NCBI RefSeq assembly: GCF_022045235.1
Contig: NW_027266270.1
Coordinates: 29,636,001 to 29,700,000 of the forward strand
Origin: Haliotis cracherodii
Lineage: Eukaryota
DNA: 64,000 nt
Direction of reading: 5' to 3'
Each line of letters opens with the position of its first letter. The first letter of the stretch is position 1. Position numbers and translations under genes: made by a program. Below, in pieces: positions 1 through 12,304 of the stretch. The notes under the pieces are model-generated. The model was not told the origin of the DNA, made no database searches, and saw only the letters and a program-made list of their open reading frames with translations.

Positions 1-687
1 TGACTGGTGCTTTACTAGGTGTTGACACGACAGGGTGGCTAGGATCCGATACTTTCTGAATGGACAAAGTTGAACTGGAAAATGTCCTTGTTTGGGTGGA
101 AGGTAGAAAGCAAGGACTCAGTGGTACACTAGAAAACTCCAACGACTGTGTCGGGGGAAAGGTTGGGCTAAACATGCTTGGTGGCAGAAATGGTGGACTC
201 AATGGCAGGAATGGTGAGCTGGAAGCCATGTAGGAGCCTGGTCTGAAGCTGGGAGTGTAGTACCTGGTGGAGCAGGGAGGGAAGAAACTGTAGGGGCTGG
301 AGAAGCAGGTTGCTTGGAGGTAGGTGGGAGATGCCATCGGGTTGAGGCTGGAGAGAGTTGGCACATGGTGGTAGGTGTCAGCAACTGGCAGTGTGAGGGA
401 TTGCACACCACGTCTTTTGGGCAGAGGAGTTGATGTGTGCCGAGGTGCTCCTGCAATGAAGAAAAGATTGTATTATATACTCAGGATAAACAATAATATG
501 GATATGACATTGAACAAAGAAGGATTTCAATGGAGGGATCTCACTGAACTACCAACAATAGAATAGGGTACAGTGTTTTTGGCAGAGGATGTGATTATTT
601 AACATAAGGCTCCAGGAAGGACTTCAACTTACCAATATCATAAGTTATGAGCACGGAATCATTATCATGAGGTTTCAAGTCAGACAT
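1..687 (-). CDS. TALE homeobox gene, divergent paralog (copy 1), 5' part only: exon 1 633-687, intron 451-632, exon 2 450 to beyond the window start
   Basis: ATG at 687 gives MSDLKPHDNDSVLITYDIG, followed by a GTAAGT donor and a ttcattgcAG acceptor. The frame continues APRHTSTPLPKRRGVQSLTLPVADT..., clearly homologous to the array copies. The homeodomain would lie outside the window. Confidence 0.8.
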
Positions 688-755
688 CTTGAGAACAGTT
701 CACTTGTTAATGGTTCTCAGGTAGAAGGAGACTCAACGAATGAGATGTGCTCACT

Positions 756-3700
756 TACTTACTTACTTACTTACTTTGGAGATTTAACGTGCGCTTTCCG
801 ACTGATGCGTATTTCGCACACGGGCCCGGCCAGGCCATTTAATGTGTTTCCGAAAGGGGCGAGGGTGGTCTGTGCAACCCAAGAGGGGGCTTTAGGGGTT
901 GCTTATATAGAATTTGGGAATTTTGAGATTTGGAATAGATGCTGATGGGGTTGGGGAGGAGAACTAAGGGAGCTGGGTATGGTGGATGATTGTTTGTTTA
1001 TGTGATTTTGATTTGGTAGGTTATTATGGTTTTAGATGCGTTTTATTAGTTCCGTTTTTATTAAGAATACGCCTAAGGCCTTGAAGTTTTCTAGTTTATT
1101 TTGTGGGTTTAGTATTGCTTCTAGAGTGAGAGCCTTGTTTAGATTGAGGGTGGTTTGTAATGCGGTTCGATGTGTTAGGTAGTGTGTGCAGTGGATGAGT
1201 GCGTGTTCTGGGGTTTCTGGTTGTTTGCAGTGTGGGCAGTTACCTGTAGTGTGTTTTTTAAATTTTTTTAGGTGGTTATTTAGGTTGGTGTGTCCTGTTT
1301 GGAGTTTAGTGATTACTCTGTCGATTTTTTTTGATGGATGGAGAATTTTTGGTTTGGTTAGTGGTTTGCTGAGCACTCTTTTGATTTTGCTATTTGAGTT
1401 TAGATATAGGTTATGCCATTTTTTTGTGATTTTTTGTTTGTTTACACTTTTAATTTCTGTTTTTGAGATGGGTAAGTTTAAGCTTATTTCTGGGATTTTA
1501 AGGGATAGTTTAGCTGCTTTATCGGCGTTTTCATTACCGTATATTCCTACGTGGGCGGGTATCCACAAGAAGGTTATTTGTTTGCCTGCTTTTGTTAGGT
1601 CGTTGGAGCTTTTAAGTATTTGATTTATTAATTTAGGTCGGTTTTTGGTATTTTTGTTTTGGAGGGCTTGTAGTCCACTTAGGGAGTCAGTAAGTATTAG
1701 GATTTTTTGGTTGTTTTTGGATTCTTGATTGTGGAGGGCTGAGGCCATGCCCATTAGTTCGGCCGTGAATATTGATTGGTTATTTGGGAGTCGGAAGGAT
1801 TGTGTGGTTTTAGTTGGTTGTGTGGTATGGACTCCGAAACCCGTGTGTTTGGAGGTCGGATCTGAGGATCCGTCCGTGTAAATGTGACACCAATTTGGCC
1901 AATTTTTGTGTATGTATGCTAGTGTGGTAGTTTTAGCTATGTTTGGGTCGGTTTGTTTATTTATTTGGCTAGCTAGTGTTGTGTCTATTTTGGGTATTTT
2001 AAGTTTAGGGGTGAAGATATTTGATTGTTTGCAGTTTTGTTTAAGATTTTTAATTTGGTGTTCATTTAGGTAGTTTGTTATTCTTTGGGATATTGGGGTA
2101 AGTAAGGGGTGTTTACGAGCTAGAGCTTGGTTTTTAGGGCTGATGTTTTGGTTTATTAAGTTTTGGATGAGAGGGTTTGATTGGGACGCGGCCCAGAAAT
2201 TTAAGCTTAGCTGTTCCCTGCGTAGACTTAGTGGCATTTCTCCTGTTAAGGCCTGAAGTGAGGTGTAGGAGGTGCCATGTTGGGTGCGTGTAATGAGTTT
2301 GAGAGCCTGATATTGTATTGAGTCAAGTTTTTTGGATAGAGAGTTGTTTAGGGTGTTGTATATGGCGCAGCCGTAGTCTAGTTTTGATCTAATTAGGGAT
2401 ATGTAGAGAGAGAGGAGAGTATCTTTGGAGGCTCCCCAGTTAGAGCCAGTTAGGCATCTTAGGGTGTTTAGGTCTTTACTGCATTTAGTTGTTAGGTTTT
2501 GGATGTGAGCATCCCAGGTGAGATGTTCATCGAAAATAAGTCCTAAGAATTTGGTTTGTTTTTGAAATTTGATTGTTTGGTTGTTTAGCTGGAGGATTGG
2601 GGAGGCGGGTTTCATGTTTTTATGTTTGAATACTATTCCTGTTGTTTTTTCTGAGTTAAGGGAGAAGCCCCATTTGTCAGCCCATTGTTGTATTTTATTA
2701 AGAGATTTTTGGAGTAGATTTGTGGCCATTTTCATGCTTTTAGTGCGGATCCAGATGGCTCCATCATCCGCGAATTTTGATGTGTTTACTTTAGGGGATA
2801 GACCCTCGAATAGATCGTTTATCATTATATTGAAGAGGGTGGGGCTGAGGATACTGCCCTGTGGAGTGCCATTTTCTAGGGGACATTGGTCCGATAGAGT
2901 TTGGTCTATACACACGGTTATTTTACGATTGTTTAGGAAGTCCTGGATGTAGTTTATTATCTGACCTTTGAGTCCTATTTTTTTAAGTTTTTGTATTAGC
3001 CCATCGTGCCATACCATGTCGAAAGCTTTAGAGAAGTCTAAGAAGATGCCTGTGGTATATTGTTTATTTAGTTGTCCTGTCTTAATATCTTGTTCTAGTC
3101 GGGCGAGGTTATCTAGGGTTGAGCGGCCAGGAGTGAAACCGCTTTGATCTGGGTTTATGGTGTTATTTTGGGTTAAGTAATGTTGTAATCTATTTTTAAC
3201 CATTGATTCCATTACTTTACATAAGTTTGAAGTTAGGGATATTGGTCTATATGAGTTAGCTTGATTAGCTGGTTTATTAGGTTTAGGGATTGGTATGACT
3301 AGGGCCTGTTTCCAGGGTGTAGGAACCTGTCCGTTTAGGTAGATGAGATTGTATAGTTTGAGTAGTGCCTGGAGCAGTTTTAGGGGGAGTTTTTTAATTA
3401 TTTGGTAAGAGGTTAGGTCTAATCCTGGGGCTGTGCCCTTTTTCCTGTTTTGGATTACGTAGAGGAGCTCCTCCATTGTGTAGGGTTGATTTATTTCTAG
3501 ATTGTTATTGTTTGGTTCTTTTGTGGGTTTGTTTTCTGTTTTAAGTTTATCTTGGAATTTTTGGCTGAAGTTGCTGTTACTGCTAACGGCCGAAAAGTGG
3601 TTGGCGAGATTATTTGCTTTTTGGGCGGGGTTGGTTGAGTTGTTAATGTTAGGTTTTTTTTTATGTCGTTTTAAGCCTCTAATGGCGTGGATTTTGCGCC

Positions 3701-4703
3701 AGACCGTTCTGGCATCTGTACGGTTATTTATACCTTCGCAGAATTTTTTCCAGTCTCTACTTTTGGCTATTTGGACTAGTTTTTGAACCTGGTGGTTTAG
3801 TTCGTGGGCTATGTTTAAATATTTGTAGTCGCGTTTTGCTTTATTGAAGGCTGATTTACGTTTTCGTCTAGTCTGTTCTATTTCCTCATTCCACCATGGT
3901 ACCGTCGGTTTGCCTGTCTTAGATACTTTGAAGGGGATGGAGGTTTTGGCTGCGTTTATTATATAGTCTGTTAGGTTTTTACAATAGGTTTCTGGATCAT
4001 TATTTTCTATTTCGTTTAAGTTAGCTTCGTTGCAGATATCTTGGAATTGGTCCCAGTTAGCTTTGTTGTAATGGAATTTTGGTTCTTGGTTTTCTGTTTG
4101 GATTGGTACGTTTGTATTTCCTATGGTTATGTTTATGGGGAAGTGGTCGCTACCTAGCGGGACGTCGTGCACTTCCCATTGAGTGCTTTGGGCTAGATCT
4201 GCGGTGCATATGGTTAGGTCGATAGCCGACATTTTTTGGTTTATCTTATCGTACCTCGTGGGTTGGTTGCTATTAAGGAGTACTAGGTCGTTTGTTTCTA
4301 TCCATTCGGAGATTAATTTGCCATGAGTATCTATTTTATCATCTATGCTCCATGTAGGATGGTGAGCGTTAAAGTCTCCTAGGAATATAGTAGATTTATC
4401 GCTTATTTTGAGTAGTTTGTTTAGATCCTCAGGTTGGACTTTTTGTTCCGCCCAGTGGTAAATATTTATGATGTTTATGTTTCGGTTATTTAATGTGATT
4501 TTAATGCCGTTGGCTTCTAGGTTTGGCGTGTCTATTTTTATTTCTTCGTAATTTATATCTTCCCTGATAAATATGATTAGTCCTCCTGCGGCTCTTCTTG
4601 TTTTCGGTTTAGCTCTGTCAGTTCTAACTGAGTTGTAGTTAGGTAGTGTGAATTTCGATTTTTTTGAGAATTTGGTTTCCTGTATACAAGCAATGTGAGG
4701 GCC
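756..4703 (-). mobile_element. I-group non-LTR retrotransposon (subfamily A1), 5'-truncated, inserted at the copy-1 core promoter
   Basis: (TAAG)n 3' tail at ~756-775. TSD ATGTGCTCACT at 745-755 and 4704-4714. Near-identical to the element at 37141-42944. Confidence 0.95.
1032..4703 (-). CDS. LINE ORF2 (APE endonuclease, RT, RNase H, CCHC), open from the truncation point and lacking the first ~29 codons
   Basis: GDFNAH and SDHFPI (APE); YRPISL, QSGF, PQGSILSP, FADD (RT); YTDGS, TAEL, TDSLS, WIPAHVGIYGNENAD (RNase H); CPHCKQPETPEHALIHC. Confidence 0.93.
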   Translation of the reverse strand, partial: GPHIACIQETKFSKKSKFTLPNYNSVRTDRAKPKTRRAAGGLIIFIREDINYEEIKIDTPNLEANGIKITLNNRNINIINIYHWAEQKVQPEDLNKLLKISDKSTIFLGDFNAHHPTWSIDDKIDTHGKLISEWIETNDLVLLNSNQPTRYDKINQKMSAIDLTICTADLAQSTQWEVHDVPLGSDHFPINITIGNTNVPIQTENQEPKFHYNKANWDQFQDICNEANLNEIENNDPETYCKNLTDYIINAAKTSIPFKVSKTGKPTVPWWNEEIEQTRRKRKSAFNKAKRDYKYLNIAHELNHQVQKLVQIAKSRDWKKFCEGINNRTDARTVWRKIHAIRGLKRHKKKPNINNSTNPAQKANNLANHFSAVSSNSNFSQKFQDKLKTENKPTKEPNNNNLEINQPYTMEELLYVIQNRKKGTAPGLDLTSYQIIKKLPLKLLQALLKLYNLIYLNGQVPTPWKQALVIPIPKPNKPANQANSYRPISLTSNLCKVMESMVKNRLQHYLTQNNTINPDQSGFTPGRSTLDNLARLEQDIKTGQLNKQYTTGIFLDFSKAFDMVWHDGLIQKLKKIGLKGQIINYIQDFLNNRKITVCIDQTLSDQCPLENGTPQGSILSPTLFNIMINDLFEGLSPKVNTSKFADDGAIWIRTKSMKMATNLLQKSLNKIQQWADKWGFSLNSEKTTGIVFKHKNMKPASPILQLNNQTIKFQKQTKFLGLIFDEHLTWDAHIQNLTTKCSKDLNTLRCLTGSNWGASKDTLLSLYISLIRSKLDYGCAIYNTLNNSLSKKLDSIQYQALKLITRTQHGTSYTSLQALTGEMPLSLRREQLSLNFWAASQSNPLIQNLINQNISPKNQALARKHPLLTPISQRITNYLNEHQIKNLKQNCKQSNIFTPKLKIPKIDTTLASQINKQTDPNIAKTTTLAYIHKNWPNWCHIYTDGSSDPTSKHTGFGVHTTQPTKTTQSFRLPNNQSIFTAELMGMASALHNQESKNNQKILILTDSLSGLQALQNKNTKNRPKLINQILKSSNDLTKAGKQITFLWIPAHVGIYGNENADKAAKLSLKIPEISLNLPISKTEIKSVNKQKITKKWHNLYLNSNSKIKRVLSKPLTKPKILHPSKKIDRVITKLQTGHTNLNNHLKKFKKHTTGNCPHCKQPETPEHALIHCTHYLTHRTALQTTLNLNKALTLEAILNPQNKLENFKALGVFLIKTELIKRI

Positions 4704-4727
4704 ATGTGCTCACTACCATCCGTAGAG

Positions 4728-4980
4728 TTTTATACCCTACCCACCACTATGGGTTCATCGCCTTCGATCTATTGGCTGGAAGTACTCTTTGATCCCTGGC
4801 TTCTATTAGATAGTTATTTATTCTTTGATCTATGGTTTCACAAGCCCGTGTTTTTATAGCATTGTATAAACAGTGCCAACTGACTAATCTCCTCTACACC
4901 ATGAAGCCAATAAGCTGATTGGAATTAGGATTGGCCTCTAGATTGGTACTTGCTTTGATTACATTTAAGGATGATTGGGA
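4728..4980 (-). promoter_or_regulatory. Displaced promoter of homeobox copy 1 (TATA, CCAAT boxes, TCF-like sites)
   Basis: TATAAAA at 4734-4728; CCAAT boxes at 4771, 4907, 4918, 4930, 4942, 4974; CTTTGAT at 4787, 4823, 4953. Homologous to the upstream regions of the array copies. Confidence 0.65.
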
Positions 4981-4999
4981 TGTTTGGACAGTCGAGTCC

Positions 5000-6360
5000 T
5001 CGAGTAACAGATGATAGTTGATTAATTGCATTGTTTTAATGAAGCGTAGGTAAAAGCGGATTATCTTCATATTAAACAATGTTGACTGAACTGAACTTTT
5101 CTTTACACTCAGGCCGCTATCAGCGGCATCAGAGGTACACAATTATTTCAACAACATAATACATATACATATAAATATAGAATAGATCAACAATATATTT
5201 GCCGAGCTTGCTTGCATATTTACACAGATTCATCAGAGTAACATTATATGAGCAATTCAATGAGGGGGAGATTTACTTGATAGGTTTGAACAATGACATC
5301 ATGATTTTACAGAATTTGGACAATTTTCTCAATGTTCCTAAAGGAAATTCATTTATGCATATAGGGTTCGATGTAGTAGAATCTGTGTAAAAATGGTTTC
5401 CTTTCGTTTTCTAAAGATGGACAAATAAACAAATAATGGAATTCATCACCAATGTCAGAGAGTTTACAAAGTGGACTTTTTTTCGGTTAAAGCTATTTTT
5501 CTCCATCTCCCAGTTTCAATAAGTAGATTATGGTTACAAGTTCTAAACTTAAGTAAAATTTAGGCAATCATTTTGTATGATATTATTCATTGTGCCTTTT
5601 GAAAACTTATCTCTTGCACTTGTCCAACACTGCAGATGAATGTCATTTAATGTTTCATGGGCTAAATGTTTTAGATAAGTATGATTTTTAAAACTTTATG
5701 AAAATTAGATGTACCTAAGTCCAAGTTTGTCAAAGGTTCGTTAGATGTAGGTAATCTGTTTATGTCTACATTTTCCAAAAAGGTAACACCAAGGTAGTTA
5801 GAGGAATCAACATTTTCCAAAGCTTCATGACCAATTTTGAAATTATGTTTATAATATCTTTGTGATCCACTAAATATTAATATTTTAGTTTTTTGTTAGT
5901 ATTAATCTTAAGCCTCCAATGTATACAATCGCTATAAAATGAGTCACAGACTTGTTATAAATATCTATAGAGACATCAATGGCAGTTGAAATATATTCAT
6001 TAATTATATTATCAAGACCACAGTTTATGATTTCACCTCATGTTTTAGCCGCATAAAGTATTGTGCTTTCTTCAATGTTTACTTCACGCAGTTTTTCTAT
6101 ATCAAAGTTATCAACTGACGAAACTTCATTTAAAGATTTTAAAAAGCTGAATAGAGATTCACTATTTGGTAGATTTTCATCGCCAAACCGCCTTTCCTTC
6201 AGAAATTTCCAAAATGAACAAGGGTCATTTCTTTCACCATCATATAATTTGTTTTAATTTGTAATAAAATAAGTTTATTTAAATGCATAGTTGAAAATTT
6301 ATTTATGCAGTTTTTATGTAACTTTTACATGCATTAACCAGTCGTTTTTTTTGTATGGAA
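5000..6360 (-). mobile_element. Heavily decayed LINE ORF2 remnant
   Basis: Fragmentary post-RT motifs (e.g. LENVDSSNYLGVTF near 5780-5820) with many stops; boundaries approximate. Confidence 0.35.
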
Positions 6361-6399
6361 TGTTTGGTATTTTCCACGGGATATTTTTGTCACTCTGAA

Positions 6400-7560
6400 T
6401 CTTTATGCATAGGTCTAAATTTGAAACAGATGTGTACTGTTTCACTGGTCTCTCCTATTTCTGGTTCAGGTGGGTAAATCAGTGGAAGGGAATTGGTTCT
6501 TTGACCGTTATTGAACGATATCAGATCATCGATATACCTGAAGCGTAAGTTACACTTCCTGGCCAGATTCCAATCCGAGCAGAAATTGCTATTCATATAC
6601 ACAGAGTAACAGGGAAGAGGAATTGGCGACCATGTGGATACCTATATTTGGCTAAATATCATATCTCCAAATTTCACATGGAGCATATCAATGAGGAAGT
6701 TCAGCATTTGACAAATTGTTATCTCAATAAACTTCATTATTGCCAAACCGTTCTGAACGTCTGAAGATAAAGATGCGACTATGATGCATGGCCACCATAT
6801 TTAGTGACAAATGACCCATGGATCAAGGAATGAAGTTTTTCCTTAGTTTTCTTTCGTGTGAGATAGTTGTGTACAAAGTTGAAAATTCAAATGTTCAGAA
6901 CTTGGTTCTTTTCTGAGACTGCAAAGATCGAGCAAAGCTTTTACGTTTTTGAAAATCCATATGATATAAATACTTTCTGTGAGTATATAGAACGTCCTTC
7001 ATTGATTTTATTAAGGATTATGAATACTCTTTGAAACATGTAATTGAGTGGTAAATGTTCTTGAACCAGCAACATGTGTCTCTTTGTACGGATTTGTTAT
7101 GGCGCTAGGGAATCCAGTTCAGAAGAGGAATGGTCATGTTTCAGGTTTCAGAGCCAAGCCTAATGTTGATGATGCTGATGCATGTTTTTGGCAGATTTCC
7201 TCCTGGGCTTATGTGGCTGGGGCTGCTGGGAGCCTTTACTGTGTATCAAAAACCAAAAAAGGTTGTTACTTTTCGTGTTGGTTTCGATAACGTGTGGGAA
7301 ATGCAACGTGTAATTTATATCAAAGCTTTTTTAATCAGAATTTGTACTTAGACTAAAGTGTTCATATGAGCAAGACTGACATGCTACGTTGTTTAGCAAA
7401 TCCAAAACAACGCACTATACCGATTTCAACATTTGCATGACACCAAACATACACAATTGATTTGCCCCAATAACGTGTCAAGGCCAGCTGTGGTATCAAA
7501 TGTCATGAGCTACTAATTTATCAAAAAGTTCACTTCTCATGCCATGAAAAATCGCTTTCA
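6400..7560 (-). mobile_element. Decayed reverse-transcriptase retroelement remnant (Penelope-like type)
   Basis: FRYIDDLISFNN catalytic motif (~6505-6545), with an upstream FSTLYTTISH-like motif (~6860-6890); frameshifted; boundaries approximate. Confidence 0.55.
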
Positions 7561-7687
7561 ATATTAGTCCAACCCATGTACAATTTGCAGGGGAAGAAAT
7601 GAAAACCTCGTGACCATGATACCCTGTTAGAGATTACAGTCGAGTCTGTGAGTCCAATCCGCCCTACGCGAGTACATAGTGAAAGAG

Positions 7688-7973
7688 TTGAGGTGAGGTG
7701 AGGTGAAATGGGGTTTAACGTCGGGTCCAAGATTATTGCACATATATAGCGACGTGCATGCACGTGTATGTGTGTGTATGGCTGCTTGTACTAGACACAG
7801 TATACTGACTCTGAGCCGACCAGTCCTTGTTTTAGCCCCTTAATGCCGATCGTCAGACAGGGTAACAACAAGTACCATCTTTAAACGACTTTTGGTATGA
7901 CGAGGCCGGGGATCGAACCCCGGACCATCCGTTCTCTGGGCGGATGCTCTACCACTAGATCACGGAGACGGGT
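7688..7973 (-). mobile_element. tRNA-derived SINE
   Basis: Reverse-strand A box (TAGTGGTAGAG) and B box (GGTTCGATCCC), with a (CACCT)n tail. Confidence 0.65.
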
Positions 7974-9384
7974 TTCGCCTTATTGAAAATCTAGTAGACA
8001 CATATCATCTTATTGAAACTCTCGTAGACCCATATCACCTTATTGAAACACTCGAGCATGGTTATGGTGCTAACAAACCAAGGGTCGTTATAGAGTAGAA
8101 CCTTGGAATCGACCCCATGATCTTCGGATCTTGGCATGGCTAAGAAATACAACCGCCCGCAGTGTGAATTGCGACGCCTTACACCTATACATCGTGCCCC
8201 CTCCTTCGTTTTATTTGTATGTGATGCAAGCCGGACAAAGCAATTTGACAAGATTTGATCATTTTATTTTCATCGACACAAGAAAGACAAATGGTACGAC
8301 TTTAAACATGTTAAACAAAAAAAATCATCAACGATAGCTCAATAAGGTCTATACAGGTAGGTGATAACACTGTTAAAAACTACAAAAAGCACACATATCG
8401 CTTTGGAGGAGACTTGACATATTATAGCTTGCGAGGAGATGAGGTAATGCATGAAGGCTGAACTAGTTTCGTGATGGGGCGGGGTTTGTTGGCTAGAGAC
8501 TTCTTGGTATCTTTGCACCAATGTAGTCGAGGTTTGCAGGGGTATTACTGAAACAAGAAACGTGGATGTGACAGGACATTCAGAGCGTTGTATCATAATA
8601 GTTTGTGTTATGAAGATGGCCATGGTGCATACATATCTTTGATTGATGTGCGATGTATGATTCATATTTCCAGGGCCCACTTGCACAAAAAGATCTTAGG
8701 GGTAAGTTGATCATAACTCCTATACTTTAACATAGCCTTACGGTAATCGTAGAGCTAAGATCGCTTGGGACCCAGGACTATTGTTGATGACAGAATTTAG
8801 AATCATCACGACTTGTTTTACTGAATAAATTTACAAATGTATTTTCTTGCCAATCAACTTTCCTTAAGACTGAAGACTGTTCTTATATACAATCCATACA
8901 CTCATATGGTCACTCAAACAGCCATGCAATCATACAGGAGGTCTATGTTAAAGTATGGGAGTTACAATACTCTGTGGTGAGACCGCTTTGTTCAAATGGG
9001 TCCTGGCAGCTGACCAGACTGAAATGCGTGCTGTTTCAACCCTAAGGCAATTATATACGCGTAATAATATAGATTCAGGTCAATACTAATTCATCTATGA
9101 AGCATCATGTCATGAAGCTCTGAACACCGTGTTGTTTCAACCGTTTCGCCAATTAGTAATTTTTTGTTTGGAAACGAAGTCGTTACAATGTGGACTATAT
9201 TTTCTCCACAAGGATCATGACCTGGGTCCACGTGCAAAAAACGATCCTACATTTAACGCTAAGACCATCGTAACGACCATATTTTAGCAAAGACTTTACT
9301 GAGAAAAAGTCTTGCGAATTCTAACTAATTTGTCACAGCCGCCGGAAGGTTAGTAAACAACAACAAAAAAATAACTATCCTGGT

Positions 9385-9541
9385 TTGGATAGTCAAGTGG
9401 CAATATGTGCGCTTGTCAGGCTGACGCCTCGGGTTCTATTCCCCGCAGGGATACAATGTGTTGAACGGATTTCTGGCGTCCCAGCTGGGGTATTGCTGGA
9501 ATATTGTTACAATCGGCTTGACTCCTTTTTCACTCACTCAC
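9385..9541 (+). mobile_element. tRNA-derived SINE family 1 (diverged)
   Basis: Similar to 51372-51536: GGTTCTATTCCC B-box variant, TTGCTGGAATATTG motif, (CACT)n tail. Confidence 0.65.
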
Positions 9542-12304
9542 TGATATTATGGTATGGTAGTTATGATCGTCTAAGCGTTTAACCAGTTTATGGAGGGGCA
9601 CAGTTTGGCTTCCGTACTGGTACCAGTCCAAGGTATTCAAGTTCAATGAAATTCCCCTTCTTTCCTAACAGCAAAGGTGCAAGGGAAAGGCGGTCATTAC
9701 ACGTGTTTCGTTGAACCTGCCTACTCTCCCCTCCCTTCAAACTTTCACGAACCTGCATTCCCGGAACACAGGGCGTACTTGACAACGCAATATATATGTA
9801 CAACGCAGTACTGCGAATGTCGTCGACATGAGCAGGGCTGATGGTGTCTACATGACTAAACAGGGATACACAGATGCCGATGACCTCTCCAGGATCTCAG
9901 TACACCCTGATAACACTACGACACATGATACATGCATCTGCGCAACATGTCGGGATAACTTCAATTATCTTCTTCACCTCAACTAAAATATGTACCTATT
10001 AAATTATTATCAATACAAATCTTAACTCTAAGACTTGCTACATATAAGTGCAATAACGAGTAAATAGTACCCAGCTACATGTCTGTATTGATTTAAAATT
10101 GTAACGTGACTGTGCACAGGTGCTCGTTATTTTTCTTTGCCACGGAGATTAATCATTGTGATAATATGTTGTGACTGCGAATTTACCGCCTTTGTTAAAA
10201 TGTCACAGACATTGCATACCTGGTTAGGGTGAAACTTTGGCACACATACATTTGTGTAAATACATTTATCATCCAAAACTGGCCTCCACCGTAGATATTG
10301 CTTCACTGAAACTGAATCATGATGTTTTGTAGACCGCTGTGACGTCACTGGTTACCATAACTAATCTCTGCTATTGAACATGGCTAGCAGTGCTTTTTAC
10401 ACTTAAAACACTACTTGTTACTGGTTACAGAAAGCTGTTGGACGATAAAAAGAATATTATCCTCTTTTATTATCAAATATATCCACATTCCTTGAGAAAA
10501 CTTTAAAACTCCTCAGCAAGCCTCGGAGCTTTAAGCTTTAGTCGACTCGTGGAGATATATAATGAGATCCTTTGGTGACATTTTTTCCAAACTATGTTTA
10601 CAACTATAAAACAGACAAAGTGTAGTCACCTGACATGTGATATAAGTTAAGAATCGACACAACACATAAGGAAATCCACCGTGTCCAGCAAACGAATATT
10701 TCGTTTTCGCTCCAGTATTTTCTGTAAGATTTTATTTTCAATTCCAGAACCACACTTCCTCACTCTTGTAGAGAGCCCGATGCCTGATATTTACAGTGCT
10801 TCTTAATAATTTCATCATCACCTCTTCCTACCGGGTACCCAACTGCTGAAGGGAAGATGGCTCAACGTGTCTTACACTATGTCGATGTATGGGAAAGGAC
10901 GGGCTGCTGATACGCGGCTGACACGTTAAATGAAATGATGACCAACCATCCCGATGTGTGCATTCCCGGTGTGCCCGGGAAGAACCCTTGTCCGTTTGAC
11001 ACTGTCCTGGAAACAGTCATCACATAGGAAAATGATCTGCAAAGTATTCGGTAGGAGTGAGTAAGTGTAACGACGCTTTGAACAGAAATTTAGGAGCAAA
11101 GTGATGCAGGTCGTTGACGTGTTTAATTTTTTTGTTAACCACGAGCATGGGTATCGTGCTCGAAAACCTAGAAACATAGCCAGGGTGAAAACTAAGATTC
11201 GAACCCACGATGATAGATTTTGACACGCCCAGGGGACCTATCAAGAGATACCTTAATGTGTAATAGTTGTGCATGTTTTATGTCGTGCATAATGGAGAAT
11301 GTGTGACAAAATACGTTGAATGTATTATATGTACACCACTGTTGACATGATATACTCAAGGTAACAATTCATTTTGAAAGTATATTGATATATTCTACAT
11401 AGTAAACAATATTTTAGTCAATGAGTAAAATAGGTAAACACAATTGCTACCCAATGCAATTCCCTATTTTCATTTTACCATAAATTCCCGTTTTCTTTTC
11501 ACATGAACAATTGACTTGCCTTTTGTGTTTGTAACAGGTTAAACCAAACCACGCTTTTTGTAAAAGGGGAGTTGGTCAATTATTTTCAAGTGATCTGGCA
11601 CAACCACGCATCAGATTCCATTGGGAGGGGGGGGTGGGGGGTGGGGGGGGACAAAGGAGCAGTGAAAAATATATGAATGGGGCGCTTCCTTACATGTAAT
11701 AGTAATGTTGAATATCACGTTGGTGTTAAATAGGTGATGTGAATCATGAACGTATCATAGGATGTATGGTTTAAGCTGTATTTCAGTTGTATCGTTAGTT
11801 GTACTTTTATTTCAGCTGAAAGTTTGACTTGCCTTTGCCTGTGTTTTTGACAGGTGACACCGGTGGGGCAAGATAAGCAAACACCTTGTTTCGTCACTAT
11901 TTGACACTGATTCATAAACGCACGCTTATGATATAGACGAAAAGATAATGGTTGATACAGTCTCCTTATTCAGTAACTCATGGGATTCAACAAAGTGGAA
12001 ATGTCAAGGACCGATAAAAGTCTGTATCTGTACATTAATATGACACATTTTACTTCTCATCAAAACAATGATAACAACTTCAGCACTCACATCCACAAAT
12101 ATCACAGCAAAATCACAGGATATAGATAATATGGCACGGACAGGGGGATTGATGTTAAACATGTGACCGTGCCCCTTAACATAAATAGAGGAATTATGTC
12201 CAGTAGCACTACTAGGGATGTAGACATTATTATACAGACTTCATATGTAACAGTCACGTTCACTCTTTACACTATCACTTTTAAGTGATATTATCGTCCA
12301 TATT

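Noticed and set aside
1186-3786. Plus-strand ORFs antisense to LINE ORF2 (also at 33868-39330 and 41485-42921)
   Set aside because: They are by-products of the element's strong A/C strand bias and have no recognisable domains.
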